The notes under the pieces were generated by a model. It was given only the letters and a program-made list of their open reading frames with translations, made no database searches and was not told the DNA's origin. A stretch of 64,000 bases of DNA from Bacteroidaceae bacterium (GTDB lineage: Bacteria; Bacteroidota; Bacteroidia; Bacteroidales; Bacteroidaceae), in contig JAFUHF010000056.1 of assembly GCA_017468985.1 (NCBI GenBank), positions 3,922 through 67,921 of the forward strand, read 5' to 3'. Shown here one piece after another: positions 46,602-56,489 of the stretch. A program made the position numbers and the translations under genes. Position 1 is the first letter of the stretch; every line of letters begins with the position of its first letter.

Positions 46602-47393
46602 CTACTTCAACCATCGGCTTACCAACAGACAGCCTGGTTCGGCCACTCCGCCATGGCTAAACCCTTCAAGTTCGTAGAGCGGTACTTCCTTGTTTCCCAC
46701 TCCTTCGAGCACTGCCTTGAGATAGAGATTCTCCCCCTAGCGCGCCATCTGTTCCAAATGACGGTCACCCGTAATGAGCACCAACTTCGTACCCAACTTA
46801 CGGGCATTGTTCAACGGTGCATACTGATCAATGATGGGTAAATCGAATGGAATCTGACGTTCCTTCCTTATGGTATAGTGCGTGGCACACTGCCCTGCTA
46901 TAGGAAAGTATCCACGAATGGAATCGGCATCTACGCCATATCTGGACAAATAACCTTTAGCCAGACAAAGCATAGAGGTAAGATAACCACCAGCCGAATG
47001 TCCAGACACATAAACTTCACGCGGATTGCCGCCATATTCTCCAATATGATGGTACACCCAAGCCACCGCAGCTGCGGCATCATCCGTATATTCAGGATTT
47101 TTACACTTGGGATAAAGCCTGTAATCCACTCCTACAACAGCAAAACCTTTGCCTTGAAGAGCATGGGGAATTTCTTTACGGCCAGTTTCCAAGCCACCAC
47201 CATGAAACCACACCAATGTTTTGAATCCCTGCTTTCCTTCTGGATAGTAGAGATCAAGCTTACAGATTTCCCTACGATAGGTCGATGGTTCTTCGGCAGA
47301 AACATAGGAAAGATCTTTAATGGTTCGATACTGCTGAGCGATCACTGCCGAAAGTGCAAAGGAAAAGCACAGGATGAGAAGTTTTCTTTTCAT
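46602..47393 (-). pseudogene. Alpha/beta hydrolase (esterase/lipase-type) interrupted by an in-frame TAG at 46737-46739
   Basis: The ORF carries HGGG and the nucleophile elbow GHSAGG and stops at ...DRHLEQMAR*. The same frame continues GENLYLKAVLEGVGNKEVPLYELEGFSHGGVAEPG... to a second stop at 46602-46604. Confidence 0.7.
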
Positions 47394-47411
47394 AAATAAG
47401 TTTTGAATGAT

Positions 47412-48434
47412 TTATGGTTTGTCCTCATTAGAATAAAGACAGATATCATCTATTAGCTGCAACTCCGTTTTATTAAAAGGTATGGGGGCATGAAGAACTT
47501 TTACCGCCTCTTGCAACTGATGGACAGAACTTACTCCCACAATAGCCGAGGTCACCGCTTGATGTTGCATTACCCACGACAGTGCCATCTGGCTCAGTTT
47601 CTCGCCGCGCTCACGAGCCAGAACCTCAAGAGCATGAAGTTTAGCCAGCATCTCAGGCGTAAGCACTGAGGGGCGCAACGTACCACCAAGGCTCATGCGC
47701 GACCCTTTGGGAATCGTTCCATCTAAATAACGATCCGTTAAAAGTCCCTGAGCCAAGGGAGAGAAGCCAATGAAGCCCACTCCGCTTTCCTCTGCTTTTG
47801 AAAGTATGCCTTGGTTCACTGGTTCGCGATCCAGCAGATTGAGCCTTCCCTGATATATCAGGCAAGGCACGTCGCGAGCCTTAAGAAAATCTATGCCGTA
47901 GCTAAAAGCTTCGAGCGGCCAGCGCGAAATGCCCACGTAGAGTGCCTTTCCTCTGCGCACGATATCAACCAGTGCCATCAGCGTTTCATCAAGTGGCGTG
48001 AGCGGATCGTAACGATGAATATAGAAAAGATCTACATAGTCCAAGCCCATGCGCTCCAGACTCTGATCCAGACTTGCCATGAGATACTTTCTCGATCCCC
48101 AATTGCCGTATGGCCCGGGCCACATGTCGTATCCGGCCTTGGTGGAAACAAACAGTTCGTCGCGCCATGAACGGAGATCTTCACGCAGTATTCTGCCAAA
48201 AGTAGTTTCGGCACTGCCATAAGGTGGACCATAATTGTTGGCCAGATCGAAGTGAGTTATACCCTGATCGAAGGCCATACACACCATGGTCCGTGCCGTT
48301 TCATAATGATTCTCCGCACCAAAGTTTTTCCAAAGTCCTAATGAGATGCGTGGCAGCAATACGCCACTCTTTCCACATCTGCGATAGATTGCAGTATCAG
48401 CATAGCGGTCGGGGTAAGGTTGATATGGGTTCAT
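47412..48434 (-). CDS. Aldo/keto reductase (YghZ/L-glyceraldehyde-3-phosphate reductase-like)
   Basis: ISLGLWKNFG, HFDLANNYG and YIHRYD motifs are present. Its ATG overlaps the upstream gene's stop as ATGA at 48431-48434. Confidence 0.85.
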   Translation of the reverse strand: MNPYQPYPDRYADTAIYRRCGKSGVLLPRISLGLWKNFGAENHYETARTMVCMAFDQGITHFDLANNYGPPYGSAETTFGRILREDLRSWRDELFVSTKAGYDMWPGPYGNWGSRKYLMASLDQSLERMGLDYVDLFYIHRYDPLTPLDETLMALVDIVRRGKALYVGISRWPLEAFSYGIDFLKARDVPCLIYQGRLNLLDREPVNQGILSKAEESGVGFIGFSPLAQGLLTDRYLDGTIPKGSRMSLGGTLRPSVLTPEMLAKLHALEVLARERGEKLSQMALSWVMQHQAVTSAIVGVSSVHQLQEAVKVLHAPIPFNKTELQLIDDICLYSNEDKP

Positions 48435-50740
48435 GGTTTCTGATCTGATAAGAAGAATGATGGCTGCTTCTCAAGAAGCAACTGCACGTCTTTTAAGTTG
48501 ATATATTTTTCCAACAGGTCCTGCTCTATGTAGAAGTATTGGTTCGACGATTCATAGCCTATCGTGGCATCCTCCCTGACCAATGGCAACAAGGCCAGGA
48601 CCGTTTCCAACTCGCTTTCCACAGAGTAGTGCATCTGCTGCAAACGTACCTCTCGCTCCTCAGCCGAAAGAGTGGGGTTTTGTAGCAGTTCATTCCTCGC
48701 TGCCGTAAATCGGGCCTGATTCACCACTGAGCGATAATGGAGCGCCACAGCCTGCGCAATCCTTGCAAGCGACTTTAGCCGAAGGCGCGCCTGTCCTCCT
48801 GCAACTTTCAGTGCCTTCCTGAGTGGGACCATGCCTTGCTCAAAGCCTGTGGCTACCCTTTCCATCTGCTGCGTATAGACCTCCACGGGATAGATGGAGC
48901 GCCATCCACCCAGATCATCGTAAGGCAGCCCCACCATGGTGGCCCTATAGCCCGTAGGATCAGCATAGAAGGGATTAGCCGGTCCCATGTGCTGCGGAGC
49001 ATTATAGACGGTAGCTCCAGAAAATGGAAACTCGGCCATGCCTTCCGAAAACAGGTGCCACGCCTGAGCTACCAGTTTTCCAGCCTTTCGTCCGTAGCGT
49101 TGCTCCGCCGCCGCTTCAAGCCTGAAGTCTTGATCTGCAAAAGCCTCCAGAAAGAGATCCATGTTAACAGAAGGATAGCCTCCCAAGCTCCACGATAGCA
49201 TCATGCCGTCCATGTACTGCGCTGAAAGCCTCCGGGCATGCTGTGTAATGAGTTCCATAGCTGGAATGTAGGGCACTGAGCCCAACTCCCAAGTAGTACC
49301 GACTTGCACCTTAGCCATAGTGCGCAGACCGGAGCGTCGGGCCATTTCCCAATGATTCAGCGACCGCTGACTGGGCCCCACGCTGCTGATGCTATATTCG
49401 CCCACCGTGGTCTTCACCCCACCACGCGCTATGGGCAATCCCCATTCACTCACGCTCATCAGCAGAATACGTTTATCCGTCAGGTGTTCTATGATCTGCT
49501 CCACCTCTGCTTCCTTCCACTGCCAATCCCAAACAATCACCTCAGCTTTCTCATTAGCCGCATGCACGCCACGGGCTATGGCATTATTCACTTCGGCAAT
49601 GATCTCTGCATAATTTCTCTCTTTGCATCGCAGACATTCTGCCTGATGCCCATGTGAGGCACAACTCGTCAGGTTTTCCGAAGCCGTGATGGTAAAAACG
49701 CCACCCAGTCCTTTTACTTCGGTAAACAGGTCTTTGTATGCGTTCTCCAACCATTTTAAGGTGCGCACGTCAGAAGTGCAAAGTGCATATTGGTCACCCT
49801 CCTGCACTCCCTTGAAGGCTTGTCGTTCAACTCGGTCAAAAAAGCTCCGGTGAGCAGCACGCGGTTCATTGCTGTAAAGAAAAATCCGTATGCCGTAGCG
49901 CGCCGCCCTATCTATAAGTTTTCTCAAATGCCTCCGACGCACGTCGTAGAGTGCATCGCCAGGAAAGAGGTCCGTTTCCGGCACCAGCGTGCTCAGCACC
50001 GAGTGAATCCACAACGCATTGATGCCCCTCGCCGCCAACCGGCGCAACAACACATCAGGATAGGAGCTGAGCGTTGAGTCTAAAAGCGGATCGCCAAACT
50101 CCGAACTGTAGGAAAACACCATTCTGATGGTACTATCATTTTTCCAAAGGACGGGTTCATCTTCCGGCTCGCCATAGAAGTCAAACCGTGGCACTTCTTT
50201 TTGTTTACCCCTCTTGATTTCCTTCACCCACTGTGATATCTGCCCAGCCTTCGCCTGCTGCTGGGCTGTTGGTGCCGAATAAGTAAGGACGTCACATTTT
50301 GGTTTCATACTGCCCAGCTTCACCCACAGAAAGTCGTCCTCCTTCAGTCGCCACGCCAGCTCATTCTCCGTCAGGCCGAGCAGTTGCATCAGCTGTTTAT
50401 AGGGCAGCAGGTGCCAATTGCGGCGCAGCACCGTGATGTATCCCTTCGGCGAATTCCACACGTTTTGTATGCTCCCACCTCGCTGTTTCTCCAGCCCCAT
50501 GCTCAAGGCTATATCGGTAATGTTCTCCGGCGAGGTGCCCACCACCCAAGCCAGTCGCTCAGCAGGCACCACCGTCCAGTTTCTCCACACAAAAGCATGC
50601 ATCCTGCTGGGGAACCAGGCAGGTGTCAGTGCCTCCTGCCATGAGACTGCCGGAAGCACATCTTTTCCCACTTCCGCCCTCGCTGTTGCCGCCACGAGTA
50701 GCAGCAGCGGAAGCAACAATCTCCAAATTACGCTTTTCAC
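48431..50740 (-). CDS. Hypothetical secreted 769-aa protein (possibly carbohydrate-active; family not recognised)
   Basis: It has a signal peptide (LLLPLLLLVAATARA), coding-like composition over 2.3 kb, and duplicated N-terminal WRNW...L...L segments. Confidence 0.75.
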   Translation of the reverse strand: MKSVIWRLLLPLLLLVAATARAEVGKDVLPAVSWQEALTPAWFPSRMHAFVWRNWTVVPAERLAWVVGTSPENITDIALSMGLEKQRGGSIQNVWNSPKGYITVLRRNWHLLPYKQLMQLLGLTENELAWRLKEDDFLWVKLGSMKPKCDVLTYSAPTAQQQAKAGQISQWVKEIKRGKQKEVPRFDFYGEPEDEPVLWKNDSTIRMVFSYSSEFGDPLLDSTLSSYPDVLLRRLAARGINALWIHSVLSTLVPETDLFPGDALYDVRRRHLRKLIDRAARYGIRIFLYSNEPRAAHRSFFDRVERQAFKGVQEGDQYALCTSDVRTLKWLENAYKDLFTEVKGLGGVFTITASENLTSCASHGHQAECLRCKERNYAEIIAEVNNAIARGVHAANEKAEVIVWDWQWKEAEVEQIIEHLTDKRILLMSVSEWGLPIARGGVKTTVGEYSISSVGPSQRSLNHWEMARRSGLRTMAKVQVGTTWELGSVPYIPAMELITQHARRLSAQYMDGMMLSWSLGGYPSVNMDLFLEAFADQDFRLEAAAEQRYGRKAGKLVAQAWHLFSEGMAEFPFSGATVYNAPQHMGPANPFYADPTGYRATMVGLPYDDLGGWRSIYPVEVYTQQMERVATGFEQGMVPLRKALKVAGGQARLRLKSLARIAQAVALHYRSVVNQARFTAARNELLQNPTLSAEEREVRLQQMHYSVESELETVLALLPLVREDATIGYESSNQYFYIEQDLLEKYINLKDVQLLLEKQPSFFLSDQKP

Positions 50741-50769
50741 TTTTGTACTTTTCCTGATGTTTACCTTTG

Positions 50770-50777
50770 CAAAGGTA
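50770..50777 (-). promoter_or_regulatory. -7 promoter box (TACCTTTG on the minus strand) for the 48431..50740 operon
   Basis: It is part of the palindrome TACCTTTGCAAAGGTA (50762-50777), so the box reads TAnnTTTG on both strands. It lies 30 nt upstream of the ATG at 50740. Confidence 0.45.
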
Positions 50778-50914
50778 CAATTATGCTATGGTAACTACCA
50801 AGTTTTGTCATTCATTTTGTTCTTCGTTCGCTTATTCGTTCTATACATAAGTGACTTTCGCCCGGCCGTACAAATAAAAACAAGTTTTTCTTTGCACGTC
50901 ACTCGCCTTATTCG

Positions 50915-50922
50915 TAACTTTG
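50915..50922 (+). promoter_or_regulatory. -7 promoter box (TAACTTTG) upstream of purN
   Basis: It is an exact TAnnTTTG match 34 nt upstream of the ATG at 50956. Confidence 0.5.
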
Positions 50923-50955
50923 CAGGGCTCAAAGCAAGCCAAGGTATCCCCCAAC

Positions 50956-51537
50956 ATGATCAACATAGCCATATTTGCATCAGGAGAAGGCACCAATGCC
51001 AGACAAATTACGGCATACTTCAAGCATTCTCCAAAGAAACTGGGCACCATTACGCTCATTGTTTGCAGCAGCATGAAGGCTGGTGTAGTAAACGTGGGCA
51101 GAGAACTTGGAGTAAAGGTAGTCATCCCCGATGGAAAAACCCTCCTAAACGGAGAAAAACTTCTCAGGATGCTAAAGGCGGAACATATCGACTTCGTAGT
51201 ACTGGCCGGCTATCTCAAGCTCATGCCCAAGGAGGTGGTAGATGCCTACGAAGGACGTATGGTCAACCTCCATCCGTCACTCCTGCCCCGACACGGAGGG
51301 AAGGGAATGTATGGCATGAAGGTACACCAGCAAGTGATGGAAGATGGCGACAGAGAGTCGGGCATCACGATTCACTACGTTTCGTCGCAGTACGACAGCG
51401 GAAGGATGATTGCCCAATACCGCTGTCCCGTGCTAAAACACGACACGCTGGAAACCCTCACTGCAAAGGTGCATGCCCTGGAATACCTGTATTATCCCCC
51501 AACCATTGAGAAACTGATTGCCACGCTGGAATCTTAG
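50956..51537 (+). CDS. purN: Phosphoribosylglycinamide formyltransferase
   Basis: IAIFASGEGTNA, MVNLHPSLLPRHGG and GITIHYV motifs are present. The start is set at MINIAIF. Confidence 0.9.
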   Translation: MINIAIFASGEGTNARQITAYFKHSPKKLGTITLIVCSSMKAGVVNVGRELGVKVVIPDGKTLLNGEKLLRMLKAEHIDFVVLAGYLKLMPKEVVDAYEGRMVNLHPSLLPRHGGKGMYGMKVHQQVMEDGDRESGITIHYVSSQYDSGRMIAQYRCPVLKHDTLETLTAKVHALEYLYYPPTIEKLIATLES

Positions 51538-51643
51538 GTTTTCTGGTTCTCAATCATAATTACAGAACTCCTTCGGTGCTCGTAATCTTCGGTTCTCAAC
51601 ACTCAATTTTCAATTATCAATTCCAAACTCTCATTCTCATCCC

Positions 51644-52837
51644 ATGAAACTCACAGAAAAGATACACTACGTTGGCGTGAACGACCGTGACAAGGTGCGG
51701 TTTGAAGGACTGTGGCCCCTCACTCAGGGTATGGCCTATAATTCCTATATCGTAAAAGGTGAAAAGACAGCCCTTATTGATACGGTGGATAACCGATACT
51801 TCCCATTGTTCATCAGCAAGATTAAGAATGTCATTGGCAACGGAAAGATTGACTACCTCGTGATCAACCACATGGAGCCTGACCACTCCGGTAGCCTCGG
51901 CCTGCTGCGCAGCCTGTATCCCGACATCCGGCTGGTGGGTAACAAGAAAACGCTGCAAATGGCCGAAGGTTTCTACTTGCAGTCTGGCGAAACGCTCACC
52001 GTGGCAGAAGGCTCAGAGCTTGACCTTGGTGGTCCACGGCTGAAGTTCTTTCTCACTCCCATGGTTCACTGGCCCGAAACAATGATGACCTACGAACTGG
52101 AGAGCCAAACGCTCTTCAGCGGCGATGCCTTTGGGTGCTACGGTGCATTGAACGGCGGAGTGACGGACGAAGAAATTGACATAGAGCCCTACTTCCCCGA
52201 AATGATTCGCTACTATGCCAACATTGTAGGCAAATACGGAGCGCAGGTGCAAATGGCCATGAAGAAACTTTCCGAAACCAACATTGAGCGCATCTGCTCC
52301 ACCCACGGACCAGTATGGACCAATGCCATCAGCCGCGTATTGGACATCTATAACCGCCTCAGCCTCTATGAAGGCGAAACGGGTGCCTGCCTCATCTACG
52401 GCACAATGTATGGCAACACCACAGCCATGGCCGAAAGTGTAGCCGAAGGCTTGGTGAGCGGCGGTATGAAGCACTTCGTAATGCACAAACTGGGTCGCAC
52501 TGACGAAAGTTACCTGCTCGCCGACGTGTTCCGCTACAAGGGTTTGCTGCTGGGTGCCCCCACCTATAATAATGGCATTTATCCTCTAATGGAGCGACTG
52601 CTCACCGACATGGAACACCGTTCGTTGAAGAATCGCCTGGTAGGCGTGTTTGGCAGTTTCAGCTGGGCCTCTCAGGCTGTGAAGCGTTTGCAGGACTTTG
52701 CCTCTCTGCCCGGCATGAAGTTAGTAGGCCAGCCTGTTGAGATGAAGCAGGGATTCAGCAAGGAAATTGCAGAGCAATGCCGAGAATTGGGGCGCCAAAT
52801 GGCTCAGCAGCTCTCAGCAGAAGATGGCGAAGCCTGA
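51644..52837 (+). CDS. FprA-family A-type flavoprotein (flavodiiron protein)
   Basis: An N-terminal metallo-beta-lactamase-like domain (INHMEPDHSGS) is followed by a C-terminal flavodoxin-like domain (CLIYGTMYGNT). Confidence 0.88.
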   Translation: MKLTEKIHYVGVNDRDKVRFEGLWPLTQGMAYNSYIVKGEKTALIDTVDNRYFPLFISKIKNVIGNGKIDYLVINHMEPDHSGSLGLLRSLYPDIRLVGNKKTLQMAEGFYLQSGETLTVAEGSELDLGGPRLKFFLTPMVHWPETMMTYELESQTLFSGDAFGCYGALNGGVTDEEIDIEPYFPEMIRYYANIVGKYGAQVQMAMKKLSETNIERICSTHGPVWTNAISRVLDIYNRLSLYEGETGACLIYGTMYGNTTAMAESVAEGLVSGGMKHFVMHKLGRTDESYLLADVFRYKGLLLGAPTYNNGIYPLMERLLTDMEHRSLKNRLVGVFGSFSWASQAVKRLQDFASLPGMKLVGQPVEMKQGFSKEIAEQCRELGRQMAQQLSAEDGEA

Positions 52838-52871
52838 AATCAGAGTATACCTTATTCTCATCTTTCTACCC

Positions 52872-53789
52872 ATGGAAAAAATCACATCACTGCTCGTTGC
52901 TCCTTTCACGGCCTATCGGCCTGATGGGGAAATCAATACTGACATCGTAGGGGAATATGCATCCTTGCTGAAAAAAAACGGCATAGGAGGAGCTTTCATC
53001 AACGGCTCTTCGGGCGAAGGCTACCTGCTCACCACCGAAGAGCGTATGCTGTTGGCAGAAGCCTGGACGAAGCAGCAAACACCTGAATTCAAGGTAATGG
53101 TCCACGTAGGGGCTACCTGCCTTAAGGACAGCCGCCAGCTGGCCCAGCATGCTGCAAGCATCGGAGCATGGGGTATAGGTAGCATGGCTCCGCCCTTTCC
53201 CCCGATTGGCAGAGTGAACGAATTGGTGGACTACTGTGCCACGATTGCTGACGCAACACCGCAATTGCCATTCTATTTCTACCACATTCCCGTATTCAAC
53301 CACGTAGGCTTCCCCATGCTCGATTTCTTGAAAGCTGCTGACGGCGTAATCCCCAATCTGGCCGGCATCAAATACACTCATGAAAATCTGTATGATTTCA
53401 ATCAATGCATGCTCTACAAAAAAGGGAAATACGACATGCTCCATGGCCAGGACGAAACATTGCTGGCAGGTCTTGCTCTTTCCGGCATCAAGGGAGGCAT
53501 CAGCGGTACGGGTAACTACATTGGAAACATACTGACAGGAGTAATCAAGGCTTGGAACCGTCAGGATACAGAACAGGCACGTAAGCTCCAAAACTATGCT
53601 CAGGAGGTGATCAACGTGATTTGCCACTATCGCGGAAACATCGTAGCAGGAAAGTGCATCATGAAGTTATTGGGACTTGACCTCGGGCCTAACCGAACGC
53701 CTTTCCGCAACATGACGGATGACGAACAGCAGCAAATGAAGCTGGAACTGGAAGCCATTGACTTCTTTCATCACTGCAACACCATATAA
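52872..53789 (+). CDS. nanA: N-acetylneuraminate lyase (DHDPS/NAL family)
   Basis: INGSSGEGYLLT, FYFYHIP and the Schiff-base Lys context AGIKYT are present. Its position next to the epimerase, symporter and YhcH genes supports the call. The start is set at MEKITSLLVAPF. Confidence 0.8.
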   Translation: MEKITSLLVAPFTAYRPDGEINTDIVGEYASLLKKNGIGGAFINGSSGEGYLLTTEERMLLAEAWTKQQTPEFKVMVHVGATCLKDSRQLAQHAASIGAWGIGSMAPPFPPIGRVNELVDYCATIADATPQLPFYFYHIPVFNHVGFPMLDFLKAADGVIPNLAGIKYTHENLYDFNQCMLYKKGKYDMLHGQDETLLAGLALSGIKGGISGTGNYIGNILTGVIKAWNRQDTEQARKLQNYAQEVINVICHYRGNIVAGKCIMKLLGLDLGPNRTPFRNMTDDEQQQMKLELEAIDFFHHCNTI

Positions 53790-53833
53790 ATCCATCCCTC
53801 ACCCCTCATTCAAAGAAAAGTCTTTTTCCCACC

Positions 53834-56455
53834 ATGCTCAGACGTTACCTGCTCCTGCTATTGGCCCTATGCTTCACCCTCAGCATAGCAAAAGCAGGTG
53901 AACAGCGATTCAACGACATCTCTTTCTCCCCGTTACCGCAGCTCACCGTGGGAGCCACGGAAGGATTGTCAGCTCCCTTCACCGGTACTATTGGTGAACA
54001 GGTTTTCGTCCTTGGTGGCTGCAACTTTCCTGACACTCCTGCGGCCGAAGGCGGAACGAAAGTTTTCTATAAAGACATCTACCGTTTAAGTTCCGCTCCG
54101 TCTGGACATCTGATTTGGGAAAAGACAGGCGAATTGCCCAAACCCCTGGCCTATGGCGTAAGTGTTAGTGTGAACGACGGCATCATCTGCGTAGGTGGAA
54201 CGACCGATGGAAAAAAAAGCGAACGGAACGTATACATCATTCAAAGCGCCGCAGGAGAGCAAATCAGCATCCATCATCTGCCGGATCTGCCCATAGGGCT
54301 CGACCAGATGGCAGGAGCTTTTGGTGGCGGTTATCTCTACATTGCCGCCGGAGTAAGCAATGGCATTGGAAGCAGAAAAGCTTTCAGACTAAAGTATCCT
54401 GACACCAGTAAAGGTTGGGAAACATTGCCCGATGTGCCCTGCGAAATGAGGGTTCAGCCCTGTGCTGCCATACAGAATGGCCCCACGTCACCCTTGTTTT
54501 GCCTCTTCGGAGGTTACGACCCCGAATCGCTTTCCACCTGTAACTACGGCCTTACCCTGAATCTCAAAACCATGGAGTGGCAGCCCACAACCTGTCAGCC
54601 TGCGGCCTTGGTAGGATCCACCGCCCTGAGCAGCGGATGCGGCCATGTGTTTTGCTTGGGTGGGGTCAACAAGGAAGTGTTTGAAGCTGCCATTCGCAAA
54701 ACGCAGCCCACGGCTGAAGAGCAGGCCGCCTACCTCAGCCATCCCAAGGAGTGGTATCGGTTCAACGCCGACCTTCTCGTATATAGCACCTTTACCGATT
54801 CCTGGTGTACTCTCCCAGGATCCCCACGCTTAGCTAAGGCTGGCGCAGGCACTGCCATAGTGCAGCAAGGTGGAGGTTTTCCCCACTGGGTTATCATTAA
54901 TGGTGAAGAAAAGCCTGGCATCCGCTCCGCTGAGGTAACGGACGTAAAACTCACCTATACGGCCCACTTCGGATGGCTCAATTGGACCGTACTCTTACTC
55001 TACCTCGCCGCCATGCTGGGTTTGGGAGTCTTCTTCATGAAGCGCCAGAAGAGCGGTGAAGATTTTTTTAAGGGCGGAGGACGCATTCCGTGGTGGGCCG
55101 CCGGCATCAGCATTTTCGCCACCATGCTTTCGGCCATTACCTATATGAGCATACCGGCCAAAGCCTACGCCACCGATTGGACCTATTACCCCATGCAAAT
55201 CTGCATACTCATCGTGTCCTTTCCGGTGATCAAATACTATCTGCCCTTCTTCAGGCGGCTGAACGTCACTACGGCTTACGAATACTTAGAGCGCCGGTTC
55301 AGCTATGCCATGCGCCTCATGGCTTCGCTGCTGTTCATCGTGTTCATGGTTTTGCGCATGGCACTGGTACTCTTCCTGCCCAGCCTGGCCATGACGGCCG
55401 TTACAGGAATCAACATCTACCTGTGCATCATCCTGATGGCCATCATCACCATCGTTTACTGCACGATGGGAGGCGTTGAAGCTGTGGTGTGGGGTGACGT
55501 CGTGCAGGGATTCATTCTCGTAGGCGGCGCAGTGCTCGCTGCCGTTTACCTGATGAGCCACACTGGCGGTGGAATGCAAGGCTTCTTCAACATTGCAGCA
55601 GAAAATGACAAATTCCGGCTCTTCAACTGGAGCCTTGACTGGCGAAGTGCCACATTCTGGGTAATAATCATCGGCGGATTGGCCAATAATCACATTTCCT
55701 ACACCAGCGACCAGACCGTTATACAGCGTTATCTCACCACCAAGGATGAGCGTAGCGCAGCTCGGGGAATCCTTACCAATGGACTGATGTCGGTATTTGT
55801 CACCATTGCCTTTTTCAGCATTGGCACAGGACTCTACACTTTCTTCAAAACGCACCCCATGGCCATGGACTTTACCATGCAGAAGACAGACGCCATTTTC
55901 CCCTTCTTCATGATGAGTCAGCTACCTGCCGGCGTGGCCGGACTGCTCATAGCCGCCGTCTTTGCCGCAACAATGAGTACCATTGCCTCCAACATCAACA
56001 GCGTAGCCACGGCATTCACCGTGGATATCTACAAGAAGTTCCATCCCCATTGCTCTGATAGTCGCCAGCTCCGCATTGCACGTCTCATGGGCATCGTGAG
56101 CGGACAGATTGGCATGCTGGTGGCCATTCTCATGGCCATGGCCGACATCCAATCCCTCTTGGACTATTTCAATACCATTCTCGGCCTGCTCTCCGGCGGC
56201 ATAGGCGCCCTCTTCCTGATGGGCATCTTCTTCGACCGGATAGGCAGCACCGCTGCTATCATAGGCTTTTTGAGCGGAACCCTCACGGTATTCCTGCTGC
56301 ATTTCTATTCCTCCGTTTCCTTCCTCTTGTTTGGTGCCATCAATCTGGCGGTTTCCGTAATTGTAGCATTAGGTTATTCGCTCATCTTCCCCCAACAAAA
56401 GAAACAGGAAGGACTCACCTGGAAACAATTAGGCACCCCTTCTCCCCTCTCCTGA
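53834..56455 (+). CDS. Fusion protein: N-terminal Kelch-repeat mutarotase (NanM-like) domain + C-terminal sodium:solute symporter (SSS family)
   Basis: Residues 1 to about 375 hold a signal peptide and Kelch-like blades (VFVLGGCNF, IICVGGTT, LYIAAG, FCLFGG, VFCLGG). From about nt 54975 onward it is a roughly 13-TM SSS core (GGRIPWWAAGISIFATMLSAITYMSIPA). Confidence 0.8.
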   Translation: MLRRYLLLLLALCFTLSIAKAGEQRFNDISFSPLPQLTVGATEGLSAPFTGTIGEQVFVLGGCNFPDTPAAEGGTKVFYKDIYRLSSAPSGHLIWEKTGELPKPLAYGVSVSVNDGIICVGGTTDGKKSERNVYIIQSAAGEQISIHHLPDLPIGLDQMAGAFGGGYLYIAAGVSNGIGSRKAFRLKYPDTSKGWETLPDVPCEMRVQPCAAIQNGPTSPLFCLFGGYDPESLSTCNYGLTLNLKTMEWQPTTCQPAALVGSTALSSGCGHVFCLGGVNKEVFEAAIRKTQPTAEEQAAYLSHPKEWYRFNADLLVYSTFTDSWCTLPGSPRLAKAGAGTAIVQQGGGFPHWVIINGEEKPGIRSAEVTDVKLTYTAHFGWLNWTVLLLYLAAMLGLGVFFMKRQKSGEDFFKGGGRIPWWAAGISIFATMLSAITYMSIPAKAYATDWTYYPMQICILIVSFPVIKYYLPFFRRLNVTTAYEYLERRFSYAMRLMASLLFIVFMVLRMALVLFLPSLAMTAVTGINIYLCIILMAIITIVYCTMGGVEAVVWGDVVQGFILVGGAVLAAVYLMSHTGGGMQGFFNIAAENDKFRLFNWSLDWRSATFWVIIIGGLANNHISYTSDQTVIQRYLTTKDERSAARGILTNGLMSVFVTIAFFSIGTGLYTFFKTHPMAMDFTMQKTDAIFPFFMMSQLPAGVAGLLIAAVFAATMSTIASNINSVATAFTVDIYKKFHPHCSDSRQLRIARLMGIVSGQIGMLVAILMAMADIQSLLDYFNTILGLLSGGIGALFLMGIFFDRIGSTAAIIGFLSGTLTVFLLHFYSSVSFLLFGAINLAVSVIVALGYSLIFPQQKKQEGLTWKQLGTPSPLS

Positions 56456-56489
56456 ACCACAAATTCCAAACCATCAAATATCTTCATTC

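Noticed and set aside
46737-46739. TAG reassignment or programmed readthrough as the explanation for the in-frame stop in the hydrolase
   Set aside because: TAG is used as an ordinary terminator by other well-supported genes here, e.g. the DUF3108 gene ending at 11562. I saw no downstream recoding structure. A nonsense mutation or base-call error is the simpler explanation.
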